Source: an uncultured Flavobacteriales bacterium (GTDB taxonomy: Bacteria; Pseudomonadota; Alphaproteobacteria; UBA8366; JADFVY01). From it: a DNA stretch of 64,000 nt. Made by a program: the position numbers and the translations under genes. Shown piece by piece: positions 32,586 through 41,498 of this stretch. Position 1 is the stretch's first letter. Every line of letters starts with the position of its first letter. The DNA lies in NCBI GenBank assembly GCA_964347475.1, contig CAYFYY010000014.1, positions 547 to 64,546 on the forward strand. The letters are read 5' to 3'. Below the pieces are notes generated by a model. The model ran no database searches. It saw only the letters and a program-made list of their open reading frames with translations, and was not told the origin of the DNA.

Positions 32586-34025
32586 ATGGACGGGTTCGCG
32601 GCGATCGGCGCCGAATTGCCGGCGCGCCTGCAGTTCGCCTTCACCGTCTCGTTCCATATCGTCTTCCCCGCCTTCAGCATCGGGCTGGCGAGCTACCTTG
32701 CGGTGCTCGAGGGGCTGTGGCTGCTCACCCGCCAGCAGGTCTTTCACGACACCTATCGATACTGGCTGAAGATCTTCGCCGTCACCTTCGGCATGGGCGT
32801 CGTCTCCGGCCTCGTCATGAGCTACCAGTTCGGCACCAACTGGAGCGTCTTTTCCGACCGGACGGGGCCGGTCCTCGGGCCGCTGATGGGCTACGAGGTG
32901 ATGTCGGCCTTCTTCCTCGAGGCCGGCTTCCTCGGCATCATGCTGTTCGGCGAGAAGCGTGTCGGCCGCGCCCTGCACTTCGCCGCGACGGTCATCGTCG
33001 CCGCCGGAACGCTGGCCTCGGCGTTCTGGATCCTCAGCGTCAACAGCTGGATGCACACGCCGGCGGGCTACGCGGTGAACGCGGCCGGCCAGTTCGTGCC
33101 GGACGACTGGTGGGCGATCGTCTTCAACCCGTCGTTTCCGTATCGGCTCGTCCACATGGTGCTGGCCTGCTACCTGACCACCGCCTTCGTCGTCGGCGCG
33201 GTCGGCGCCTGGCACCTGATGCGCGACGCCGGCAACCAGCCGGCCCGCCTGATGTTCTCGATGGCGATGTGGATGGCGCTGCTGGTGGCGCCGCTGCAGA
33301 TCGTCGCCGGCGACCTGCACGGCCTCAACACGCTGCGCCATCAGCCGGCCAAGATCGCGGCTATGGAGGGCCATTTCGAAACGCAGGAGGGCGCGCCGCT
33401 GATCCTGTTCGGCCTGCCCGACATGGAAGAGGAGCGCACCCGCTATGCCGTCTCGGTGCCGAAGCTCGGCTCGCTGATCCTCACCCACGACTGGGACGGC
33501 GAGGTGCGCGGCCTCAAATCCTGGCCGCCGGAGGACCGGCCGAATGCCCCGATCCTGTTCTGGAGCTTCCGCATCATGGTCGGACTCGGCGTCCTGATGG
33601 CGCTGCTCGGGGCGTGGTCGCTGCTGCGCCGGCTGCAGGGACGGCTCTACTACGACCGGCGGCTGAAATGTTTCGCCGTCGCGATGGCGCCGTCCGGCTT
33701 CGTCGCCCTGCTCGCCGGCTGGATCACCACCGAGGTCGGGCGCCAGCCCTATACGGTGTACGGGCTGCTGCGCACCGCCGACTCGCTCTCCCCGGTCGGC
33801 GGCATCGCGGTGTCGGCCTCGCTGCTCGGCTTCGTCGTCGTCTATCTGATCGTGTTCGGCGCCGGCGTGTTCTACCTCTTGCGGCTGATGGCGCGCCGGC
33901 CGGAGCCGGGCGTCGAGGATCACGCCGAGCTGGGCCCGGTGCGGGCCGCCGGGATCCTGCCCGGCCTCCTGATGGGCGGCGGCGCCGGCGATGCGCGGAC
34001 GGAGGGCCCCGGCCATGGAACTTGA
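32586..34025 (+). CDS. cydA: cytochrome bd-type ubiquinol oxidase subunit I (short Q-loop, CioA-like)
   Basis: 479 aa. FHIVFPAFSIGL..., GYEVMSAFFLEAGFLGIMLFG, PAKIAAMEGHFETQ. Confidence 0.93.
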   Translation: MDGFAAIGAELPARLQFAFTVSFHIVFPAFSIGLASYLAVLEGLWLLTRQQVFHDTYRYWLKIFAVTFGMGVVSGLVMSYQFGTNWSVFSDRTGPVLGPLMGYEVMSAFFLEAGFLGIMLFGEKRVGRALHFAATVIVAAGTLASAFWILSVNSWMHTPAGYAVNAAGQFVPDDWWAIVFNPSFPYRLVHMVLACYLTTAFVVGAVGAWHLMRDAGNQPARLMFSMAMWMALLVAPLQIVAGDLHGLNTLRHQPAKIAAMEGHFETQEGAPLILFGLPDMEEERTRYAVSVPKLGSLILTHDWDGEVRGLKSWPPEDRPNAPILFWSFRIMVGLGVLMALLGAWSLLRRLQGRLYYDRRLKCFAVAMAPSGFVALLAGWITTEVGRQPYTVYGLLRTADSLSPVGGIAVSASLLGFVVVYLIVFGAGVFYLLRLMARRPEPGVEDHAELGPVRAAGILPGLLMGGGAGDARTEGPGHGT

Positions 34026-35019
34026 CCTTGCCCTCGTCTGGGCGCTGATCCTCGCCTTCGCGGTGTTCGCCTATGTGGTGATGGACGGCTTCGACCTCGG
34101 CATCGGCATCCTGTACCCGCTGCTCCGCGGGCAGCGCGACCGCGACACCGCGATGAACTCGGTCGCGCCGGTGTGGGACGGCAACGAGACCTGGCTCGTG
34201 CTCGGCGGCGGCGGGCTGATGGCCGCGTTCCCGCTGGCCTACGCGATCCTGATGCCGGCCCTGTACGCGCCGATCATCGTCATGCTGGTCGCCCTCATCT
34301 TCCGCGGCGTCGCCTTCGAGTTCCGCTGGCGCACGGTGCGCGCCAAGCACCTGTGGAGCCTTTCGTTCTTCGGCGGCTCCGTTATCGCGGCGCTGTGCCA
34401 GGGCATCGCGCTCGGCGCCATCGTCCAGGGCATCGCGGTTTCGGGCCGCGCCTACGCCGGCGGCTGGTGGGACTGGCTGACCCCGTTCAGCGTGATGACC
34501 GGCGTCGCCCTCGTCGTCGGCTACGCGCTGCTCGGGGCGACCTGGCTGATCATGAAGGCGACGGGCGAGCTCAAGGCGACGGCGACGCGCCTCGCCTGGA
34601 TCTCCGGCGCCGGCACGGTGGCGCTGATCGGCGTCGTCAGCCTGTGGACGCCGCTGCTCAACCCTTCGTTCTGGGAGCGTTGGTTCAACTGGCCGGCGAC
34701 CGCCTATACCGTCTTCGTGCCGCTGCTGGTCGCCGCCTGCATCGCCCTGCTCGTCCGCGGCCTGCGGCGCGGCGACGACGCATCGCCGTTCCTCGCCAGC
34801 CTCGGGCTGTTCCTGTTGTCCTATATCGGGCTTGCGATCAGCCTGTATCCCGACATCGTGCCGCCGGACGTGTCGATCTGGCGCGCCGCCGCGCCGGACG
34901 ACAGCCTCGCCTTCCTCTTGGTCGGCGCCGTCGTCCTCATCCCGCTGATCCTTGCCTACACGGCCTATTCCTATTGGGTGTTCCGCGGCAAGACCGACCC
35001 GCATGCGGGCTATCACTGA
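34015..35019 (+). CDS. cydB: cytochrome bd-type ubiquinol oxidase subunit II
   Basis: 334 aa from MELDLALVWALILAFAVFAYVVMDGFDLGIGIL. Overlaps the cydA end by 11 nt. Confidence 0.92.
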   Translation: MELDLALVWALILAFAVFAYVVMDGFDLGIGILYPLLRGQRDRDTAMNSVAPVWDGNETWLVLGGGGLMAAFPLAYAILMPALYAPIIVMLVALIFRGVAFEFRWRTVRAKHLWSLSFFGGSVIAALCQGIALGAIVQGIAVSGRAYAGGWWDWLTPFSVMTGVALVVGYALLGATWLIMKATGELKATATRLAWISGAGTVALIGVVSLWTPLLNPSFWERWFNWPATAYTVFVPLLVAACIALLVRGLRRGDDASPFLASLGLFLLSYIGLAISLYPDIVPPDVSIWRAAAPDDSLAFLLVGAVVLIPLILAYTAYSYWVFRGKTDPHAGYH

Positions 35020-35071
35020 CGGCAACCAGTACATCATCCCCTTACGTGGAATCGGCACCGGCCCGCTCCGC

Positions 35072-35115
35072 CACCCGGCCACCCAACGGTATCGTACACT
35101 GTGGGTGGCCGGGTG
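35072..35115. terminator. perfect 14-bp stem-loop between convergent cydB and the channel gene
   Basis: CACCCGGCCACCCA-(16 nt)-TGGGTGGCCGGGTG. Confidence 0.4.
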
Positions 35116-35242
35116 TGGGAGCGGGCTGGAGCGAACATAACGGACAACGCGCTAGGCGGGCCCCATCGCCCCGCCGGAAACCCGCGGAAAACCCTAACGC
35201 ATGGGCTCGTTCCACGGCTCCCGCCGGCAGCCGGCGCCGCGC

Positions 35243-36022
35243 TCAGCCGGCCCCCTCGGTCTCGATCTTGAGGATCTGGCCGCAGTGCTTGCAGTGGACG
35301 GCGTCCGGCTCGTGCCGACTGAGGCCGCAATTCGGGCAGCTGTGGCTGACCTTCTGCGGCCGGAAGATGGTCTGGGCGAGGCGCAGGAACAGGGCCACGC
35401 CGACGATCATGATGAACACCGCCAGCAGGCGGCCGCCGGTGCCGGTCAGCAGCACGTCGCCGAAGCCCGTCGTGGTCAGCGTCGCCACCGTGAAATAGAG
35501 CGCATCGACATAGCTTGCGATGTCCGGGTTGTCGCCGAACTGGAAGACGAAGACCAGCGCCGTGACCAGGAAGATGAACACGCCGAGGTTGACGGCGCTG
35601 AAGATCACGTCCTCGTTGCGGCGGAAAAACGGCGCCTCGCGCCGCAGGTCGCGCAGCACGTGGTAGGAGTGCAGCAGCCGCAGCGCCCGCAGCACGCGCA
35701 GGAAGGCGAGGTTCTGGGCGATCAGCGGGGCCAGCAGCAGCGAGGCGATGACGATGACGTCGGCGACCGTGTAGACCTGCCGCAGCATGCGCGGCTTGTT
35801 GGGCGCGATCCACAGCCGGGCCAGGAAGTCGGCGAGGATGATCGTGCCGAGCGCGACGTCGGCGGCGAAAATCGCCGGCGTCGGCTCGAGCGGCGCCGTG
35901 ACGATGAAGAAGGCGATGGTGCCGAGGTCGAAGCCGATCAGCCCGTAGCGGAACAGCGCGGCATTGCGGCTGCGGCCGGTGTAGAGGAGCTCGATCGCTT
36001 TCCTGAAGCGCGGCTCGGCCAT
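35243..36022 (-). CDS. voltage-sensor-containing K+ channel with C-terminal zinc ribbon
   Basis: S4-like LRVLRALRLLH, pore TLTTTGFGD, C-terminal CPNCG...CKHCG. Confidence 0.88.
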   Translation of the reverse strand: MAEPRFRKAIELLYTGRSRNAALFRYGLIGFDLGTIAFFIVTAPLEPTPAIFAADVALGTIILADFLARLWIAPNKPRMLRQVYTVADVIVIASLLLAPLIAQNLAFLRVLRALRLLHSYHVLRDLRREAPFFRRNEDVIFSAVNLGVFIFLVTALVFVFQFGDNPDIASYVDALYFTVATLTTTGFGDVLLTGTGGRLLAVFIMIVGVALFLRLAQTIFRPQKVSHSCPNCGLSRHEPDAVHCKHCGQILKIETEGAG

Positions 36023-36074
36023 CTCGTGCCCCGGGCGCGCCTGCGCCGTCGGGCGCCGCCCGGACCGGCGCCGC

Positions 36075-36635
36075 CTACTCGTCGGGCCCGATGACGCCGA
36101 TCAGCCCGGTTGGGCAACAGAACTTTTTGCCCTGACCGAAGTCCTGGAAAATATGGACGTTCACGTAGCTCCAGCGCTTGTCCATGTGCTCCGTAAGGAA
36201 GCTCATCGGCTGGCGTCGCCCCGGACCGGACAGGTCCTTCGCGGTAAGGGTGCCCTGTGCCACGGTCCCGTTGCCCGGGACTCCCTTCGGGACGAAATTC
36301 ATCAGGAAGGCGACGGTATGGCCGTGATCGTCCGGCGACGGCGGCAGATGGTAGTGCTCGCCGTGCGGTGTGACGGCGTCGGCGCCAAGATGGATGTGAA
36401 TCTGCGTGATGGCGTCGAGGCCGAACACGTCGACCTTGTAGTGCAGGGTCTTGCCGTCGCTGCTCAGCGTGAATTTCGCCGTGCCGCGCGCCTTGACCTG
36501 GCCGGGAAGGACGGCCTGGTTGGGCTCCAGCTTCGCCGTGTACGTTCGTTCCGCGGCCGTGGCCGGCGCCGCCGCGAACGCGGCCAGGACCAGGATACCG
36601 AGGACGGTAAACCCGCCCGACATGCGCTTCAACAT
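36075..36635 (-). CDS. CHRD domain protein, secreted
   Basis: 187 aa from MLKRMSGGFTVLGILVLAAFAAAPATA (GGAGA SD). Contains GTAKFTLSSDGKTLHYKVDVFGL...IHIHLG...YVNVH. Confidence 0.8.
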   Translation of the reverse strand: MLKRMSGGFTVLGILVLAAFAAAPATAAERTYTAKLEPNQAVLPGQVKARGTAKFTLSSDGKTLHYKVDVFGLDAITQIHIHLGADAVTPHGEHYHLPPSPDDHGHTVAFLMNFVPKGVPGNGTVAQGTLTAKDLSGPGRRQPMSFLTEHMDKRWSYVNVHIFQDFGQGKKFCCPTGLIGVIGPDE

Positions 36636-36730
36636 TGTTCCATCTCCCAGATCGCCCTTGTGTTGACCCCGATGATAACAGGGCTTCTGCCCGCCCGTAA
36701 ACCGGCGCTCAACGCTTCGCGCGGGATCGG

Positions 36731-37213
36731 CTAGCGCGGTGTGCCGGGCTTTGCCTCGAGGTTTCCCTTCAGGCGCGACAGCAGGGTGCGCAGGGTCGCC
36801 ACCTCGCCGGGCGTCAGCGACGCGGTCGCTGCCATGTTGACCTCCCAGGCGCGCGGCAGCAGGGCGCGTTTCAGGGCGCGGCCTGCATCGGTCAGGCAGA
36901 CCAGGCGGCGGCGCCGGTCGGCGGGGTCGACGCGGCGCGTCACGAAACCGCGCTTTTCCATGGTGTCGATGGCCGAGACCGTGGTCGGCTCCGTCATGCC
37001 GATGCGGCGGCTCAGCTCGCGCTGGGGCAGCGCGTCCTCCTCCCACAGGGCGCGCAGGAAGAACCACATGCCGACGGTCACGCCGGTGTCGGCAATGGCG
37101 GCGCCCAGCGCCCGCGAGAACGCGCGGTGGGTGTCGCGCACCAGGAAGCCGATGCTGTCCTCGGGCCGCAAGTCGAACTCTCCGCCCGGCTTGTTCTGCT
37201 TGTTCAGCGGCAC
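36731..37213 (-). CDS. MarR family transcriptional regulator
   Basis: 160 aa. wHTH LSRRIGMTEPTTVSAIDTMEKRGFVTRRVDPADRRR. Confidence 0.9.
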   Translation of the reverse strand: MPLNKQNKPGGEFDLRPEDSIGFLVRDTHRAFSRALGAAIADTGVTVGMWFFLRALWEEDALPQRELSRRIGMTEPTTVSAIDTMEKRGFVTRRVDPADRRRRLVCLTDAGRALKRALLPRAWEVNMAATASLTPGEVATLRTLLSRLKGNLEAKPGTPR

Positions 37214-37247
37214 GGTGGTGCCTCCTCCCGGCGAGCGGGCACGGGGT

Positions 37248-37628
37248 TCAGTGGTGATGGTGGCCGTGGTCGTGGCCGTGGTCGTGGTCGGTGCCGCCCT
37301 GGGCCTCGCGGTAGCCGACCAGGAGCGCGTCCATCGCCGCGTGCAGTCCGTCCGCGGCGGGCGGCAACTGGCCGGTCAGGATGCCGGCAAGCCGCGCCAG
37401 CACGACCCCCTGGGCCTGCAGCTGTTCCAGCGCTGCGCCGTCGCCGGCAGCGCCGACGTCGTCGACGCATTTGCGTAGCACCGCTGAAAACAGGTGGTCC
37501 ATATAGGCATGGTCCGGGTCCGCCGCGGCGTCGCGCCCGCCGTCGGCCAGATAGCGGTCCGCGGCGGCGCGGAACCGCTCAATGATCTGCTGTTCCAGCG
37601 GGGTTTCGCTCTCGATATCGCCGCACAT
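37248..37628 (-). CDS. hypothetical acidic helical protein with His-rich tail
   Basis: 126 aa from MCGDIESE (GGAGG SD). Ends GGTDHDHGHDHGHHHH. Confidence 0.55.
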   Translation of the reverse strand: MCGDIESETPLEQQIIERFRAAADRYLADGGRDAAADPDHAYMDHLFSAVLRKCVDDVGAAGDGAALEQLQAQGVVLARLAGILTGQLPPAADGLHAAMDALLVGYREAQGGTDHDHGHDHGHHHH

Positions 37629-37926
37629 GTCCGGGCGCCTCCAGTTCGTCTCTTCCTGTCCTCGATTATGCGGGTTTCCGCGGCGCGCACAAACCCGGAA
37701 ATCCGCGCGACGCGTGACGTCCCCAATTCGAACCGCTAGCCGGGGCATAGAAAGACGGTCTTGCCGGCCAGCTTGACACTCTCCGGCGCGCCCGCGACAG
37801 TGACCGGGCAGCGGCGCGCGAAGACGCCGACGGGAGAACGGTACGGGAGGACTCCGTGGCGGGACGGATCAGCCGCACGGCCGGAGTTGCCGGGGCGCGT
37901 GCCCGGCGCCGCCGGGGGGCGGGCTG

Positions 37927-39960
37927 ATGGACGGCGGCATGCTGGGGATGGCGGGCGAGGCCCTCCTAATCATGCTGGACCCGACGCGGCTGGCGATCCT
38001 CACCGCGGCGGTGCTGATCGGCCTTGCGATAGGCGTGATCCCGGGCCTCGGCGGTATCGTCGGCATGGCGCTGCTGATCCCGTTCACCTACACGATGGAC
38101 CCGTACGCCGCGTTCGCCTTTCTCCTCGGCATGGCGGCGGTGACAACGACGTCCGACACGATCCCGGCGGTGCTGTTCGGCGTTCCGGGCACCACCGGGT
38201 CCGCGGCGACCGTGCTGGACGGCCACCCGTTGGCCAAGAAGGGCCAGGCCGGGCGCGCGTTCGGCGCCGGCTACGCCGCCTCGCTGCTGGGCGGCGTGTT
38301 CGGCGCCCTGCTGCTCGCCGTCAGCATCCCGGTGCTGCGGCCGATCATGCTTTATGTCGGCTCGCCGGAACTGCTGGCGCTGACCGTGTTCGGCCTGTCG
38401 ATGGTCGCGGTGCTCAGCGGCAACACGCCGCTGCGCGGCATCGGCGCCGCGGCGATCGGGCTGATGGTGGCGATGATCGGCAGCGATCCGCAGGCCGGCG
38501 AGCTGCGCTGGACGTTCGACTCGCTCTATCTGTGGGACGGGCTGCCGCTGGTGCCGATCACGCTCGGCCTGTTCGCCGTGCCGGAGCTCATCGACATGGC
38601 GATCAAGCGCCGCAGCATCGCCGAGGACGCGCCGCGCGACCGGGTCGTCGGCGGCCAGTGGCAGGGCATCCGCGACGTCTTCACCCACTGGTGGCTGATG
38701 TTGCGCTGCAGCCTGCTCGGGGCTGGGCTCGGCGCCATCCCCGGGATTGGCTCGGCGGTCATCGACTGGGTCGCCTACGGTCATGCCGCGCGCAGCGAGA
38801 AGAACACCGAGGGCTTCGGCGAGGGCGACATCCGCGGCGTCATCGCCTCGGAAAGCTCGAACAACGCAAAGTCGGGCGGCGCCTTGGTGCCGACCATCGC
38901 CTTCGGCGTGCCGGGGAGCGCCTCGATGGCGCTGCTGCTCGGCGCGTTTCTGATGCACGGGCTGGTGCCGGGGCCGGAAATGCTGACCCGAAATCTCGAC
39001 GTTACGTATGTGATCATCTGGAGCCTCGCGCTGGCCAACATCCTCGGCGCCGGGATCTGCCTGTTCGGCAGCAACCTGCTGGCGCGCATCGCGCTGGTCC
39101 GCTTCGGCGTGCTGCTGCCGATGGTGCTGGCCGTCGTGTTCATCGGCGCCTTCCAGGGCACGCGCAGCTGGGGCGACCTGTTCACACTGCTGATCTTCGG
39201 CACCTTCGGCTGGTTCATGAAGCGCTTCCGCTGGCCGCGCCCGCCGCTCATCCTCGGCTTCGTACTGGGCGGAATCTTCGAGCGCTATCTGTTCATCTCG
39301 GTCGAGCGCTACGGCGCCGACTGGCTGCTCCGCCCGGCGGTGATCGCCATCTTCGTCCTCGCGCTGTGGGGCATGTACCGACCGATGCGGCGGGCGCTCG
39401 CCAATTCCGGGTCCAGCCTCGCCGGCCTGCGGCTCGACAATTTACGGTTCGACTGGTCGATCCTGTTCACCACGCTGATTCTGGCCACTGTGGTCTTCGC
39501 CCTGATCCTTTCGACGGGCTGGCAGGAGATTTCGGCGCGGGTGCCGCGCATCGCCGGCGCCGTGGCCCTGCTCGCGGTGGCCGGCAGCCTGATCGGCCAG
39601 CTTCTGTCGCAGCAGACAGAGGCTGCGGAGTCCGCGCCGTCCACCGCGGTCGACCTGGCCTCCGATACGGACGGATTGCCGCGGCCGCTGTTCATCCGGC
39701 GCGCGGTGTCGTTCTTTTCGTGGCTGGCGCTGTTCATGGCGCTGATCTGGATGACCGGGTTCCTGCCGGCGATCCTCCTGTTCGTCGGCGGCTACATGGT
39801 GCTGGAGGGCAAGGAGCGCTGGCGGCTCGCGCTACCGCTGTCGGTCGCCACCACCGGATTTTGCTGGTTCGTCTTCGACCGGCTGCTGGCGCTGCCGTGG
39901 CCGCGCTCGCTGCTCGGCGACCTGATCCCGCCGCTGCGCGCCGCCACGGGCCTGTTGTAG
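37927..39960 (+). CDS. tctA: TTT permease: TctA fused to a C-terminal TctB-like module
   Basis: 677 aa. The first ~500 aa align with the stand-alone TctA at 54495-55997. The last ~170 aa align with the stand-alone TctB (FFSWLALFMALIWMTGFLPAILLF... versus LFCWLVAFMIAILLLGFLYAMPVAL...). Confidence 0.88.
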   Translation: MDGGMLGMAGEALLIMLDPTRLAILTAAVLIGLAIGVIPGLGGIVGMALLIPFTYTMDPYAAFAFLLGMAAVTTTSDTIPAVLFGVPGTTGSAATVLDGHPLAKKGQAGRAFGAGYAASLLGGVFGALLLAVSIPVLRPIMLYVGSPELLALTVFGLSMVAVLSGNTPLRGIGAAAIGLMVAMIGSDPQAGELRWTFDSLYLWDGLPLVPITLGLFAVPELIDMAIKRRSIAEDAPRDRVVGGQWQGIRDVFTHWWLMLRCSLLGAGLGAIPGIGSAVIDWVAYGHAARSEKNTEGFGEGDIRGVIASESSNNAKSGGALVPTIAFGVPGSASMALLLGAFLMHGLVPGPEMLTRNLDVTYVIIWSLALANILGAGICLFGSNLLARIALVRFGVLLPMVLAVVFIGAFQGTRSWGDLFTLLIFGTFGWFMKRFRWPRPPLILGFVLGGIFERYLFISVERYGADWLLRPAVIAIFVLALWGMYRPMRRALANSGSSLAGLRLDNLRFDWSILFTTLILATVVFALILSTGWQEISARVPRIAGAVALLAVAGSLIGQLLSQQTEAAESAPSTAVDLASDTDGLPRPLFIRRAVSFFSWLALFMALIWMTGFLPAILLFVGGYMVLEGKERWRLALPLSVATTGFCWFVFDRLLALPWPRSLLGDLIPPLRAATGLL

Positions 39961-39962
39961 GG

Positions 39963-41477
39963 CTATGCGCCGGCGGCGAACAGCAGTGACTTGATGACCA
40001 CGGGGACGACGCCGGACGGCTCCAGCCGTCGCCCGAGGTCGACATAGTCGAAATCCGTCAGCGTCAGCCCGTCGATCGAGATCACGGCGCCACCCGGCGC
40101 GACCTCGTCGTGCAGGATGCGGCCGAGCGTCTGGCCGACGTCGCCCTCGCTGAGCAGGACCAGGCAGCCGTCCGGCCCGCACGATTGCGGCAGCGCATCG
40201 GCGATCCCCCTGGCCAGCGCGTGCAGCCGGGGATGGCTCGGGTCGCCGTGCCAACGGAAGGCCAGCGCCAGCATGCGGGCGCCGTCGGCGAGGTCGTGTC
40301 GGGAGAGGCCGGCCCGCACGACCGCGGCCACGGCAGGCGAATCGACCGTTTCCGCCAGCGGGAAATCGCAGAAGACCACCGGCAGGTTGGCGGCGGGCAG
40401 GACGTCCGGATCGGTCACCAGAATCGTGTTCCCGCTGACCTGCACCGTGAATTGCGACGCACCGACCACGGTGGCGCGGATGCCCTGGCCCGGGTCCCAG
40501 ATCTCGGCCGGCGCCTGTCCATCGGCCAGCGCGTGGCCGAGTGCGTGGGCGAACGCCGGGCCGAGGTCGCCGAAGTCGCCGCTCTCGCGCCCGAACAGGA
40601 ACTCCGCAACGCCGCCGGAAAAGGTGACGGCGTCGGGCCGTGGCGTCGCCGGCAGGTGGTCGGTGAGCATCAGCGCGGCAGTGAAGCCCTGCGGCGACTC
40701 CTGGCGTGCAAGTTGCAGGACGATATCGGTCATCGCGCGCACCAGGGCGCGTACGCCATCGGCGTCCAGCGCACCGCCGACCTCCAACTCCAGGTCGCGA
40801 TCGCGGGCCAACCGCCGCGCCGGCTCTTCCAGGCGGGTGATCCGCCCCTTGCGGTCACGGACGACGAGTCGGCCGCCGACCGCCACCGCCGCGGTTGCCA
40901 GGATTTCGCCCTCGCGGACCAGCGCAAACTTCGTCGTGCCGCCGCCGATGTCCACATTGAGGATGACGTTGCGGTGCTGGCGCGACAGTGCGACCGTGCC
41001 GGAGCCCTGCGCCGCCAGCGCGGATTCCATGTGATGGCCGGCCGAGGCGCAGACGAACTTGCCGGACTCGGCGGCGAACAGGTCGGCGATGACGCGGGCG
41101 TTGCGGCGCTTGAGCGCCTCGCCGGTCAGGATCACCGCGCCGCTGTCGATCGACCCGGGCGTCACGCCTGCCTCGCGGTATCCGGTCCGGATGAAGACGT
41201 CCAGCGCCGCCGCGTCGATGGTGAAGTCCGCATTGTAGGGCGTGAGCATCACCGGCGAGCGCCACAGCTCGTCCCGGCCGACCACGATGAAGCGGCTCGA
41301 CAGGCCAGTCGCGACGCGCTGCAGATGCACGCGCGAGATCATGAAATGACTGGTCGAGGAGCCGATGTCGATGCCGACGGTCGTCATCTCGACGTTATCG
41401 GCCCGCCAGATCGTCTCGCTCAGGCGCCCCGCCTGCGCCGGCGTGACATGGATGTGCGAGAACTCGACGTCGTGCAT
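39963..41477 (-). CDS. EutA-family (ethanolamine ammonia-lyase reactivase-like) ASKHA ATPase
   Basis: 504 aa. VGIDIGSSTSH, IDSGAVILTGEALKRRNAR, ASAGHHMESALAAQGSG, LNVDIGGGTTK and C-terminal VVPVVIKSLLF all parallel E. coli EutA blocks. Confidence 0.88.
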   Translation of the reverse strand: MHDVEFSHIHVTPAQAGRLSETIWRADNVEMTTVGIDIGSSTSHFMISRVHLQRVATGLSSRFIVVGRDELWRSPVMLTPYNADFTIDAAALDVFIRTGYREAGVTPGSIDSGAVILTGEALKRRNARVIADLFAAESGKFVCASAGHHMESALAAQGSGTVALSRQHRNVILNVDIGGGTTKFALVREGEILATAAVAVGGRLVVRDRKGRITRLEEPARRLARDRDLELEVGGALDADGVRALVRAMTDIVLQLARQESPQGFTAALMLTDHLPATPRPDAVTFSGGVAEFLFGRESGDFGDLGPAFAHALGHALADGQAPAEIWDPGQGIRATVVGASQFTVQVSGNTILVTDPDVLPAANLPVVFCDFPLAETVDSPAVAAVVRAGLSRHDLADGARMLALAFRWHGDPSHPRLHALARGIADALPQSCGPDGCLVLLSEGDVGQTLGRILHDEVAPGGAVISIDGLTLTDFDYVDLGRRLEPSGVVPVVIKSLLFAAGA

Positions 41478-41498
41478 GCCGCCGCTCGCCGCGCGCCG

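Noticed and set aside
35020-35242. cydX-like small ORF after cydB
   Set aside because: No short hydrophobic ORF with an SD in the cydB-proximal spacer. The only ATG ORF (35201..) is antisense to the channel gene.
36636-37067. Upstream extension of the CHRD ORF
   Set aside because: Overlaps the MarR gene. A signal peptide and GGAGA SD are present at the internal start, 36635.
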